64,000 nucleotides of DNA from Thermoproteota archaeon (GTDB lineage Archaea > Thermoproteota > Thermoprotei_A > Sulfolobales > Ignisphaeraceae): positions 64,001 through 128,000 of the forward strand of contig JAUQPB010000001.1 in NCBI GenBank assembly GCA_030550585.1, given 5' to 3'. The translations under genes were made by a program, and so were the position numbers. The notes beneath the pieces are model-generated. The model saw only the letters and a list, made by a program, of their open reading frames with translations, had not been told where the DNA came from and did not search any database. This document shows positions 39,854-49,524 of the stretch, in pieces. Positions within the stretch are counted from its first letter, which is position 1, and each line of letters opens with the position of its first letter.

Positions 39854-42003
39854 AAACGCTATCAGCTAAGAATCTAAGCCCACGAGATGTTAACAGAGCT
39901 CTAAGACAAATTGTTAGTGAGGGTGTAGAAGATGTAGAGATTAGCGATCCTAATGGTATACACTACCTTGCTGTGGGATTAAAAGGATCTATCAACATAT
40001 ATGTTAGAGGGTCTGTTGGATTCTACGTAGCAGCTTTAATGCATGGGCCTAGGGTATATGTAGAAGGCAATGCTGGTTGGTTCGCAGGGGAGAATATGTC
40101 TAGTGGAGAGCTGGTGATAATGGGTGATGCTGGTAATGGTACTGGTCAATACATTCTTGGTGGGACAATAGTTGTTAATGGCGATGCCGGTGCCCGTGTA
40201 GGTGCGTTAATGAAGAAAGGAACTGTTATTGTCAATGGAAAGACAGATATTATGACTGGTATGTACATGTTCGGCGGTAAAATCATTGTATTGGGTAATG
40301 TTGGGGAATATGTAGGAGAGCTTATGGTTGGTGGCGAAATCTATGTTGGCGGTGGGTATGAAGATCTTGGAAAAAATGCGATTGTTAAAGAAGCTTCAGA
40401 AGAGGAGAAGGAGCAGATAAACAATGTGTTGAGCAGCTATGGGATCAAGGGTAAGAGCAGCTATTTCAAAATTGTTCCACAAAGCAGAAGACCTGTATAT
40501 GGACACCAACAATATTTGGGGGTGCCAGAACCTCTAATCCCAAAGTATAAGGTTGAAATTCTGTATGATATTTGTAACGGCTGTAGAGAATGTGTTAAGG
40601 CATGCCCGCAAGGCGTTTTCTATGCTGTGCAGAAGGATGGTGAATACAAGGTTGTGCCACGCAATATAAACAAATGTGTTGGTTGCTATGCATGTGTTAG
40701 AGCATGCCCCAATAAAGCCATCCATGTAATTCCCTTGCCAGATCTGAGACGTGTTGGCTTTTGGGATACAGAATCAATTAATTACACCATTCAGACCTCT
40801 GTTACTGGAATACCTCTAGTCAGGGGCACTGGTGCAAGAAACTTTAACTTGCCATCACTTGACGAACTGCTGATCCTTCCTGCACAACTATCGAGACCTC
40901 CTATCGATAGCTATAGAGAGCCTTGTGACACTGAAGTGGTTTTAGGCTTTAGATTTGCTGAAAGGCCCTTGAGACTCAGAGCACCTATAATTATAGGTGC
41001 TATGAGCTATGGCTCGCTAAGTAAAGAGGCTAAAATAGCCATTGCTAGGGCAGCTTCAAGAGTTGGGATCGCTGTTAACACTGGTGAAGGTGGTATGCTG
41101 CCAGAGGAGAGGGCTGAGGCAAAAATACTTATTGCACAATATGCTAGCGGAAGGTTCGGTGTAACAATAGACTATCTACTCAATGCCGATGCCATAGAAA
41201 TTAAGATAGGGCAGGGAGCCAAGCCTGGACAAGGAGGTCTCTTGATGGGGGAGAAGGTAACAGAAGAGATAGCGCAGCTAAGGGGTATACCAGTTGGAGC
41301 AGATGCTATAAGCCCAGCCAGGCATCTGGACATTGTTGGACCCGAAGATCTGAAGATGAAGATAGATGAGCTGAGAGAGGCCACCGACTGGAAAATCCCA
41401 ATAATTGTCAAAGTTGCTGGTGGGAGAGTAAGAGACGATGTGAAAATAGCGGCTAAGGCTGGTGCAGATATCATTGTTGTCGATGCTAAACCGGCTGGGA
41501 CAGGCGCTTCACCAAATCTAGTCACAGACCATGTTGGATACCCGGTTATTGCAGCTGTTGTAGAGGCTGACAGGGCTTTGAGAGAACTGGGGCTAAGAGA
41601 CGAGGTATCGCTGGTTGTATCTGGTGGCGTTAGAAATGGTGCTGACATAGCAAAGCTCATAGCACTAGGGGCGGATGCTGTTGCCATTGGAACTCCTGTT
41701 CTAGTTGCCATGGGATGCACAATGTGCGGACTCTGCAACACGGGTAGGTGCCCCTATGGAATAGCAACTCAGAACCCTGCTCTCAGGAAAAGACTAGATG
41801 TAGAGAGGGCTGCAAAAGCTGTAGAGAATCTCTTGCATTCAATGATAAAAGAGTTGTGCATGTTCTCACAGCTAGCTGGAAAAACCTCGCCTAAGGGGTT
41901 GGAGAAAGAGGATCTAAGAGCGTTGACGCTAGAAGCATCTCTTATAGCAGGGGTAAAGCTGGCCGGGTTAGAGGGTGTGCCAAGCAAATGCCAGGAGCAT
42001 TAA
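39850..42003 (+). CDS. Glutamate synthase: fused GXGXG, 2x[4Fe-4S] and FMN-binding domains
   Basis: Gly-rich beta-helix repeats, two CxxCxxCxxxCP, AMSYGSLS, NTGEGG, QYASGRFG, EIKIGQGAKPG.GG and CxxCxxCxxxxCP. ATGA overlap start. Confidence 0.92.
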   Translation: MKTLSAKNLSPRDVNRALRQIVSEGVEDVEISDPNGIHYLAVGLKGSINIYVRGSVGFYVAALMHGPRVYVEGNAGWFAGENMSSGELVIMGDAGNGTGQYILGGTIVVNGDAGARVGALMKKGTVIVNGKTDIMTGMYMFGGKIIVLGNVGEYVGELMVGGEIYVGGGYEDLGKNAIVKEASEEEKEQINNVLSSYGIKGKSSYFKIVPQSRRPVYGHQQYLGVPEPLIPKYKVEILYDICNGCRECVKACPQGVFYAVQKDGEYKVVPRNINKCVGCYACVRACPNKAIHVIPLPDLRRVGFWDTESINYTIQTSVTGIPLVRGTGARNFNLPSLDELLILPAQLSRPPIDSYREPCDTEVVLGFRFAERPLRLRAPIIIGAMSYGSLSKEAKIAIARAASRVGIAVNTGEGGMLPEERAEAKILIAQYASGRFGVTIDYLLNADAIEIKIGQGAKPGQGGLLMGEKVTEEIAQLRGIPVGADAISPARHLDIVGPEDLKMKIDELREATDWKIPIIVKVAGGRVRDDVKIAAKAGADIIVVDAKPAGTGASPNLVTDHVGYPVIAAVVEADRALRELGLRDEVSLVVSGGVRNGADIAKLIALGADAVAIGTPVLVAMGCTMCGLCNTGRCPYGIATQNPALRKRLDVERAAKAVENLLHSMIKELCMFSQLAGKTSPKGLEKEDLRALTLEASLIAGVKLAGLEGVPSKCQEH

Positions 42004-42111
42004 CTAAGCGTATGCCGCGAACAAATTTTGGAAAACAATATCTAGTTCATAATCTCAAAAAAACGCATCATAATTGATTATTTAAAAATAAACAATGTTT
42101 TAGCTAGCTTT

Positions 42112-42480
42112 TCACTGAGCAGTCTTTACTATTTGCTTCTCAATAGCAATGCTCTGAACTCTGGGAGCCTTCATCAAATGTCTTTGAACCAATACTATCG
42201 CACCCCATGTAGCTGTAACGGCAATGCTCATCGCCACCCCTGCTGTCGCTATTTCATGTAATGCTGTTGCCCATTCTGTTGGTGAGCTCATTGCTGTTAG
42301 AAATGGTGGCCATGGCACTATTTCCCCGTGCCAGAGATGCTCGAATGCCAGTAGTGCTGCTCCTCCCCATAGCATTGCTTCTAGAAGACCTAGATTAACT
42401 TTTTCGCTTACACTTTTGAACAGTCGTCTTATTACAGATACTATAACTGCTAGTATTGTTGGTGCTATGAAGCACGCCAT
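42112..42480 (-). CDS. Small three-TM membrane protein
   Basis: MACF N-terminus and LWGGAALLAFEHLWHGE motif, GGTG RBS. Confidence 0.75.
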   Translation of the reverse strand: MACFIAPTILAVIVSVIRRLFKSVSEKVNLGLLEAMLWGGAALLAFEHLWHGEIVPWPPFLTAMSSPTEWATALHEIATAGVAMSIAVTATWGAIVLVQRHLMKAPRVQSIAIEKQIVKTAQ

Positions 42481-42535
42481 TTTTGTGCACCGAAAGGCTT
42501 TTATTGTGCACCAAATATATAAGTTTTTGTGATGC

Positions 42536-42826
42536 TTGATGTGGCTCTTGATACTAGCCTATGCAGCAGCTATATCGACTATGCTTTGGTATAGCAAAGC
42601 TGAGAATGATGTTTATGGCTATAAATATCTGGCTGCAATTCTTTGGGGAGCGACGATCATGGTTTTCATAGACCATCTCTACAGCTATTTCAGCGAAGGT
42701 GGGGAGTTCATGGAGATCTCTGTAGATGCTGCTGTTCTAGGCTTTTCAATGCTTTTAATAGCGATTCTGATATGGATTCTGATAGTCTTTATTAAAGACC
42801 CTAGAAAAGTTCTTCACAAGAGATAG
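42536..42826 (+). CDS. Small three-TM membrane protein, resembles the divergent neighbour
   Basis: LWGATIMVFIDHL motif, three hydrophobic segments. Confidence 0.75.
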   Translation: MMWLLILAYAAAISTMLWYSKAENDVYGYKYLAAILWGATIMVFIDHLYSYFSEGGEFMEISVDAAVLGFSMLLIAILIWILIVFIKDPRKVLHKR

Positions 42827-42865
42827 CATTTTTAGGGCTGCTCAGAAACATTTTCCCTGATTCGA

Positions 42866-44122
42866 ATGAACATTGATGCTACTGTATCTATACTGGCCAA
42901 CGTGCTGTACACAGTTATGAGAAAGAGAGTTAGTACTAGAAAGGCATTTGCATACACCTGCAAAAGATTTGGATGTGGCAAGGCTCTGCTAGAAAGAGAG
43001 TTTCTGTATAGGCTAGCCCAAGAGTTTGTCTCTAGCTATTACAAGGTTCTGTACATTGTGGAGAATAGTGGGAATATCAGAAATCCCAGCCACAGAGTGT
43101 TGGCAAGGGTATTTATGTATCTGTGGCTTGTTGAAAGGGGTGAGAAGATAGATTCTAAGCTTAGAAAGTCTGTGAAGAGAGATGTGCCTAGAATAGATGT
43201 TGCAATATCGCCTGACGAGCCTTGGGCTGCACTATCCTATCCAAAGTGGCTTTTCGAAAGACTTGCAAGTGTTATGCCTAGTGAAGAGGTTGTTAAAATG
43301 CTTAGCGCTATGAATAAGAGGGTTCTATGGATAAGGGTAAACACCTTGAATATAGATGTAGACAAGGCTTTGAAGCTTCTCGAGAAGGAGGATGTATACT
43401 ACGAGGTTCACAGAGACATACCATTTCTCCTTAGAGTTGTTAAGAGTAAGAAACCCATTAGAAAGCTAGATCTATTCAAAAACGGCTCCATAATAATCCA
43501 GGACAAGGCCAGCGTCTTGACTGTTCTAGCCCTTGAGCCAGAGCCTGATATGCTGATATACGACTTTGCTGCAGCCCCAGGCATAAAAACATCTCTTATA
43601 ATGCAACTAACAGAGAATAGAGCAAGGGTAGTAGCATTTGATCTGTCTAGAAGAAGACTAGAGTCTATGAAAACACTTTTGGAGAGATATGGCGTGGACA
43701 CATCGAGGGTAGACCTAGTTCTGTCTGACAGCACAAAAATATCACTTAGTAGAGAGGCTGACGCCATCCTAGTCGATGCCACTTGTAGTAGTAGTGGGGC
43801 TATTTCAAAGGATCCAGCAATAAAGATTATTCTAAGAGATCCTAGAATCCCACAAAAAATGAGTGTTATCCAAACCAACATGCTGCTCAACGCTCTAAAA
43901 CATGGGGAGAGAATAGTCTATGCAGTATGCTCTCTACTTCCAGACGAGGGTGAGGAGGTAATTGAAAGGGTTTTGGCCACAAGCCCAAGCCACAGACTTG
44001 CAGATCCTAGGATACCTGCCTCAAGAGGCTATAAAACCTATAAGATATGGGACAAGGTTAGAAGGACAATTCCACATATAGATGAGAGTGAGGGCTTTTT
44101 CATAGCAAGACTTGAGAAATGA
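42866..44122 (+). CDS. RsmB/NOP2-family RNA m5C methyltransferase
   Basis: IRVNTL, IQDKAS, DFAAAPGIKT, DATCSSSG and YAVCS motifs. Confidence 0.92.
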   Translation: MNIDATVSILANVLYTVMRKRVSTRKAFAYTCKRFGCGKALLEREFLYRLAQEFVSSYYKVLYIVENSGNIRNPSHRVLARVFMYLWLVERGEKIDSKLRKSVKRDVPRIDVAISPDEPWAALSYPKWLFERLASVMPSEEVVKMLSAMNKRVLWIRVNTLNIDVDKALKLLEKEDVYYEVHRDIPFLLRVVKSKKPIRKLDLFKNGSIIIQDKASVLTVLALEPEPDMLIYDFAAAPGIKTSLIMQLTENRARVVAFDLSRRRLESMKTLLERYGVDTSRVDLVLSDSTKISLSREADAILVDATCSSSGAISKDPAIKIILRDPRIPQKMSVIQTNMLLNALKHGERIVYAVCSLLPDEGEEVIERVLATSPSHRLADPRIPASRGYKTYKIWDKVRRTIPHIDESEGFFIARLEK

Positions 44123-44201
44123 TCTCCATAAACATTTATAAAGTTCTTATATATGCGAAAGAGTAATACACCTTTTAAGCAAAAATATAACTGACCCAGT
44201 T

Positions 44202-44585
44202 ATGAATAAGAGACTCATATCCATTAGAAAACATGGGGACTGCTGTGATATAAATCTTATAGAATTTCTCGACAGCAAAAGATGTCATGGTCTAGAGATA
44301 AAGGTCTCTCCTTCTGGCACAGTCGAAATATATGGTTTTGGCAATGGATTTCCAAGCCCCATCAATATGTTTCAGAGCAATGGCAAATGGCATTGGGCCA
44401 CAATCAAATATGAGAATGTTCCAAAGGTTTTGAAGAACAATCTTTCATGTGAAGACGTTGCATATCATCTATATACTGTTGTATCTATGTCGAAAGACCC
44501 TATACTCATATCATTTGCTGAGAAATTTGTTAAGCCGTATTCGATGCATGGAAGGGTTCAGTGTATAGGTATTGAATTCACCTAA
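44202..44585 (+). CDS. Hypothetical protein
   Basis: 127-aa ORF filling the gap, no recognised motif. Confidence 0.5.
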   Translation: MNKRLISIRKHGDCCDINLIEFLDSKRCHGLEIKVSPSGTVEIYGFGNGFPSPINMFQSNGKWHWATIKYENVPKVLKNNLSCEDVAYHLYTVVSMSKDPILISFAEKFVKPYSMHGRVQCIGIEFT

Positions 44586-45054
44586 ACCTTGTTATTTCTT
44601 TTAATCTGTTGGGCCATGGAGCAAGGGTATACCTTTTTAGCCACTCCTCATCAATGCTAGCATTTTTAAGTGCGCTCGCAACTCTCTCAATAAACTCTTT
44701 GCTTATTAAACCCTTTTCTGCTGCTGGACACTCCAAATCGAGGTAAAGCACCTTCTCACCTGTAGCAAAATCATAGTATAGTATCAGTGGCCATAGCCTG
44801 CAATCAAATGGCCTGCGATTATATATTCTACAGAAGCCACTGCTATCCAAAAACTGGCATGGCTGCCCATTTCTCGAGCCAATAGCTTTTACACTACCAA
44901 TGCTTGTTTTTATTTCAAATGCCACGTCCTTGAACTCCTCTTCTTCCTCCGGCAATAATATAGCATAGAACCTTCTACAGCAATTCACTTTACAATTCTT
45001 GCAAATATCTCCGAAATCCACAAAACCAAGTTTCTTAGTTAAATCGCTCACCAT
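44578..45054 (-). CDS. YkgJ-family CxxCxxCC cysteine-cluster protein
   Basis: CKNCKVNCC and C.FL...C.IY..RP..CRLWP motifs. Confidence 0.88.
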   Translation of the reverse strand: MVSDLTKKLGFVDFGDICKNCKVNCCRRFYAILLPEEEEEFKDVAFEIKTSIGSVKAIGSRNGQPCQFLDSSGFCRIYNRRPFDCRLWPLILYYDFATGEKVLYLDLECPAAEKGLISKEFIERVASALKNASIDEEWLKRYTLAPWPNRLKEITRFR

Positions 45055-45255
45055 TTAATCATCAAAAACTTCTTATAATGGCCAACTATTTTTAAGCTGC
45101 TGTTCAAATGCTTCAATGATTTTCAGGCAAAGCGCATTTGTCTAAAATGTTCAATAGCATTACTATACAATTGTTGATACCACAACTTAATGTGGTATTA
45201 GATATCTGATATTAATGAATAGGAATTTTATGTGTGTTCAGCAACTTTTCTTTAG

Positions 45256-46233
45256 GTGATTAATGTGACAGACAGGTATGGTGATAGAGCTAGGCTTGTG
45301 GCACACCTCATAGCATCTGCCATTATTCTCGAGGTAGCTGCGTATCCAAAGCCTGGGAATGTTCATAGAGCAAGAGATTTCTCTGATACTAGATTTGAAG
45401 ATTTTCTGATAACAGGTGTTGTTGGACATCACTACATTTCAAAGGCTGTTGCTAGGGGATGTAAAATTGCTAGAGATGGCAAGAGAATCAGGGTGTTGGT
45501 CGGAGATCTTATTGAGGGTATTATGAGAGACTATAAGCATGTTTCTGGTGGGGGTAATACATGCCTTGGTTCATCTCTCCTCTTGCTCCCAATGGCTGTT
45601 GCAAGCGGCTATATTCTATGCAGTGGTGAACCGGTGAATATCCAAGGTATTTGTAGCACTTCTGTCAAGATCCTTCAGCAATATTCGACGGTTCTAGACT
45701 CAATACATTTCTACAATGCTATTAGAATTGCGAGGCCGAGTTACATAAGGAAAGAGGATGGCGTTGTAGACCCTCCCAATGTCTGGGACAAAGACTATAA
45801 AGCTAGGCTAAGAAGAGGTGGGTATACACTGTGGCATATACTATTGCATAGCTCTAAATGGGATATGGTATCGCATGAGATTGTAAATGGCTATCCAAGG
45901 TCGCAGACAAACGTGTTTTTCCTGAGAAATAGACTTAACAAACATGGGGATTGGAATAGAGCTGTTGTGGAAACCTATCTCTTTCAACTGTCGAGAGAGC
46001 TAGACAGCTTGGTGGTGAGGAAGCATGGGGTTGCTGTAGCCAGGATGGTTATGGGGAGAGCAGCAAAGCTGCTAGAAACTTGTCAAAAAGACTTTGGAGC
46101 TTGTAGCAGCTCTCTAAATGACTTTGACAAGGAGCTAGGCAACTTGGGTGTAAACCCAGGTTCTACAGCAGACATCATTGTATCAACCATAGCTTTGCAC
46201 GCTGTTGACAAGGGGTCTGAAATAATAAGATGA
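45256..46233 (+). CDS. Triphosphoribosyl-dephospho-CoA synthase (CitG)-like protein
   Basis: LEVAAYPKPGNVHR, GNTCLG and NPGSTAD motifs. Confidence 0.88.
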   Translation: MINVTDRYGDRARLVAHLIASAIILEVAAYPKPGNVHRARDFSDTRFEDFLITGVVGHHYISKAVARGCKIARDGKRIRVLVGDLIEGIMRDYKHVSGGGNTCLGSSLLLLPMAVASGYILCSGEPVNIQGICSTSVKILQQYSTVLDSIHFYNAIRIARPSYIRKEDGVVDPPNVWDKDYKARLRRGGYTLWHILLHSSKWDMVSHEIVNGYPRSQTNVFFLRNRLNKHGDWNRAVVETYLFQLSRELDSLVVRKHGVAVARMVMGRAAKLLETCQKDFGACSSSLNDFDKELGNLGVNPGSTADIIVSTIALHAVDKGSEIIR

Positions 46234-46313
46234 GACATCCAATCGCAATTTTATGTGTCTAATTGACAAAGTATATAAGGCTGCGACAAAACGATAGTTA
46301 TTAGCGATGCTAA

Positions 46314-47309
46314 TTGGAGATGGAGATGATTAGAACAAGCCATGTTGGCAGCTTTCCCCTCTCATACTCTGAAGACAACATTAGAAGGGTTTTAAGAGAC
46401 TTGAAGAGGATAGGACTTGATGTGCCTACATATCCCCAGCTCAGATCATTCATAGACATCTATCTCAAGCCGCTGGAATCTCTAGGGATTGTATATAGTA
46501 GGAGAGGAATTTATTTCTCCAGCAAGAAAAACTTTGAGAAAGCCCCTCCAGAGGTTGTTATAGAAGACGCTGAAAAAACTATCGAGATAGTTAGAAGCGA
46601 GGGGCTCTCATTTAAGTGGCTGAGAGGGCCTGTCACAGGAGCTTTCACACTATCTTCTAGAATCTACCTGTCTGAGGATGTCTCAAAGGGTTTGCAGTCA
46701 ACGGTTCTCGCAGACAAGGATATAGTCAAAGACTTTTTCACAATATTCGTGGGTAACATGGTCAACAGACTCAGCAGTCTAGGATACAATATAGTCTTCG
46801 TAGACGAGCCGGCGCTCACATTTATAGTTGGCAGGAGGATTCTCTATGGATGGACAGAAGAGGAGATAATAGAAGTTCTCAGCAAAGTCTCTAAAAGTGC
46901 CACAACATCTGAGGTGGGCATACACATATGCGGCCACCTCAACCCCAAGATATTGGAGATTGTGTCAAGAGTTGATAAAATAAAGTATTTAAGCCTCGAG
47001 TTCTTCGCAACACCATCAAATATAGATTTAATAGATAAGAGTCTTCTCGACAAATACGACAAGATAGTCTCCCCGGGGATAGTTGCAGCATCAAAACCAA
47101 GTGTTGAGAGTGTGGACGAGGCGTATACAACACTTTTGAAGGTGTATGAAAGATCTGGAGGCAGGGTAGATCTTGTGTCAGGTGACTGTGGTTTTGGAGG
47201 TCTGAGGGGGAGCCTAGGAGATGAAGAGAAGGAATATGCTATATCTATAGATAAGCTGAAGACAGTTGTAGAAGCTGTTAGAAGACTGGAGTCTAGGACT
47301 AGACTCTAG
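46314..47309 (+). CDS. Single-barrel cobalamin-independent-type methionine synthase (catalytic domain only)
   Basis: TSHVGSFP, GPVTG, VDEP, Zn ligands HIC...E...DCG, about 330 aa. Confidence 0.8.
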   Translation: MEMEMIRTSHVGSFPLSYSEDNIRRVLRDLKRIGLDVPTYPQLRSFIDIYLKPLESLGIVYSRRGIYFSSKKNFEKAPPEVVIEDAEKTIEIVRSEGLSFKWLRGPVTGAFTLSSRIYLSEDVSKGLQSTVLADKDIVKDFFTIFVGNMVNRLSSLGYNIVFVDEPALTFIVGRRILYGWTEEEIIEVLSKVSKSATTSEVGIHICGHLNPKILEIVSRVDKIKYLSLEFFATPSNIDLIDKSLLDKYDKIVSPGIVAASKPSVESVDEAYTTLLKVYERSGGRVDLVSGDCGFGGLRGSLGDEEKEYAISIDKLKTVVEAVRRLESRTRL

Positions 47310-47541
47310 TTCCTTAGTATATTGATTGTTCTAACCCCAATTTATCATGCAATTATTCTAAACACCTTCAGCTCAACCACTCGTTTCAACTTGTAGCAAA
47401 AGACTGTGTCGCTTAATGCATAAAGGTCTTAGGTACGAGCATATATGGGCAAAGCAAGTCCAAAGATTTAAAACTGCGTCCATGCAATAGCTTTGCTGGA
47501 GAGGTTTAAATAATTAATAGCTTTTTGATGGTGCTGAGCCC

Positions 47542-48939
47542 ATGTTTATAGAGCGACTTAGAGCGAATGTGACTGTTCTTACAATTATAGCTGCCTTTAT
47601 AGTCTCGTTCTCTTTGTCGATATATATGCATGTGCCCTACCCCCCAGATAGAAAAGCTCCATTCGATGATCTAGGCTTTATATACAGCGATATTGTGTAT
47701 GGTGTCTTTACCCCGAGATTTCTCGACACAGTCTCTTCTACTGGGCTCGTCGATTCCAAGGTTTCTGAGTTTTGGTATAATAGAGATGCTTTGGCAAGGC
47801 TTGTTAACGGCAGTGTCAATATATTCACATGTCCTGTTCCATACAAAGACTACAAGTTTGAGTATCCACCTATGATAGCACTTCTATGGTATTTCTCTAC
47901 ATGCACCTCATTTCTATACACATACAACTTCATCAAAGTTCCTAGAAGCCCTCTGGAATATAGATCCATAGTCTCTGAATATGTTACTCCAATGCACTTC
48001 GCAATACAAGTTTCCTTTACTATCATCTTCGCCTCTATTCTAGTTTTATACATGCTTAAAATAGCCAAGATAATAAACTTTGATTATAGAAGACTCGTCC
48101 TACTGTTTCTACTTCCATCGACCATCATCTACTCCACATACAATTGGGACGTTATAACAGCCACACTTGTCGTAATGTCGTTATATTACCTCATCAACAA
48201 GCGCTATTTTGTTAGCGGATCCCTGCTAGGTCTAGCTGTTTCAGCAAAACTCATACCAGTATTAGCAGGTGTTGCAATTGGTTATGATCTTCTGCAAAAA
48301 GCCTTTGCAAAGAATTCCAACAGCCATGGATACAACGATGTAGCTATGTATCTAATTGGGCTGGGGGCAACAAGTGGCATACCCTATGCAGCTGTGGCAA
48401 CATTGTTTAGCAAAGGTTTTTCAGATTTTGTAAACCATCATTATTCGTGGTATTGTGAAAATTGCATATATCTTCCATTTATCCAGAATATCTATAGTCC
48501 GCTTCACAAAATACTATTCTACGCATTGGCAACATTGTTCATGTTACTCATTATGACTATCAACATTGAATACAATTGGAAGCTGTTTGGCGTGGCCTTC
48601 TCATCCATCGCCGTTGGTACTGTTTTGAACTATGTGTTCTCCCCTCAAATGATGTTGATGCTAACACCATTGGCAATAGCTGTTTTACCCCAAAGAATGC
48701 TTACAATATATGCTATAGCAGACTCCGCTAATGCTCTAATCATACTACTGTTTTTTGAAGACTCGGCTATCCGAGCCTGGTTATCAAACTATATTAGCAT
48801 ATCAACATCTTTCTCGCCTTGGACCATAGACTCGCCGGTTCAGTGGATTGCTTTCATAAGGAATCTGCTACTATTCATCATATTCTTGGATGTGATTGCC
48901 CAGCTCATTCACAAAAACGGGCCGGGAAACACATCATGA
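47542..48939 (+). CDS. GT-C superfamily membrane glycosyltransferase (GT87-like)
   Basis: YSDI, PY.DY.FEYPP, NWD, GLAVSAKLIP and VFSPQ motifs, many TM helices. Confidence 0.75.
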   Translation: MFIERLRANVTVLTIIAAFIVSFSLSIYMHVPYPPDRKAPFDDLGFIYSDIVYGVFTPRFLDTVSSTGLVDSKVSEFWYNRDALARLVNGSVNIFTCPVPYKDYKFEYPPMIALLWYFSTCTSFLYTYNFIKVPRSPLEYRSIVSEYVTPMHFAIQVSFTIIFASILVLYMLKIAKIINFDYRRLVLLFLLPSTIIYSTYNWDVITATLVVMSLYYLINKRYFVSGSLLGLAVSAKLIPVLAGVAIGYDLLQKAFAKNSNSHGYNDVAMYLIGLGATSGIPYAAVATLFSKGFSDFVNHHYSWYCENCIYLPFIQNIYSPLHKILFYALATLFMLLIMTINIEYNWKLFGVAFSSIAVGTVLNYVFSPQMMLMLTPLAIAVLPQRMLTIYAIADSANALIILLFFEDSAIRAWLSNYISISTSFSPWTIDSPVQWIAFIRNLLLFIIFLDVIAQLIHKNGPGNTS

Positions 48940-49493
48940 AGAGCTGTTTGCTTGCAATTCCTTTAGCTAGTATAGCAATTCCATTGATATGCATAGCCAT
49001 CTCAATAGCGCTTTCCCCATGGTTCAACATAACAAGCAATGCTCTTAGTGACTTGGGCCACGCAATCAACAGTAAAGTCTCCCCAATATTCAACTTTGGT
49101 CTTAGCCTAGGAGGAACGCTAATCATTGTAACAGCAGTCACAATAATAATCAGAGCTGGCAAACCAATGGCTATCTCCACGTCTGTTACTGGCTATACAT
49201 TAATTCTTGTGGCTGTATTTGATGAGGTTTACAACAGATATGGCAAACTGCATTTCTGGGTTTCTGTAGCATTCTTTCTCTCTTTAGCAACATCGCTAGT
49301 AATATACTCTCTAATTACATCAAATAAAATAAAAAGGATTATGCCATTAGCCCTACTCGCAGTTGGTGTGGCTTTGTGGATACTACACCTATTTTACAAA
49401 ATACCGCCTGGTGCTGCCATACCAGAGTTGATATCAATATTCATCATAATTCCATTCTATATTGATATTGTTATAAAAGCTTTGAAGAAGTAG
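48936..49493 (+). CDS. DUF998-like membrane protein
   Basis: PWF...NALSDLG, FNFGL, LH..VS..FF and AIPE motifs. ATGA overlap start preferred over 48819. Confidence 0.8.
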   Translation: MKSCLLAIPLASIAIPLICIAISIALSPWFNITSNALSDLGHAINSKVSPIFNFGLSLGGTLIIVTAVTIIIRAGKPMAISTSVTGYTLILVAVFDEVYNRYGKLHFWVSVAFFLSLATSLVIYSLITSNKIKRIMPLALLAVGVALWILHLFYKIPPGAAIPELISIFIIIPFYIDIVIKALKK

Positions 49494-49524
49494 TTAATCG
49501 GAAATTGAATAGCTAAGGTTTTGA

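Noticed and set aside
37435-42003. Cluster as the N-methylglutamate pathway (gmaS-mgsABC)
   Set aside because: The domain set is similar, but GlnA looks like a canonical GS-I and no N-methylglutamate dehydrogenase genes are adjacent. GS-GOGAT is more parsimonious, and phylogeny would settle it.
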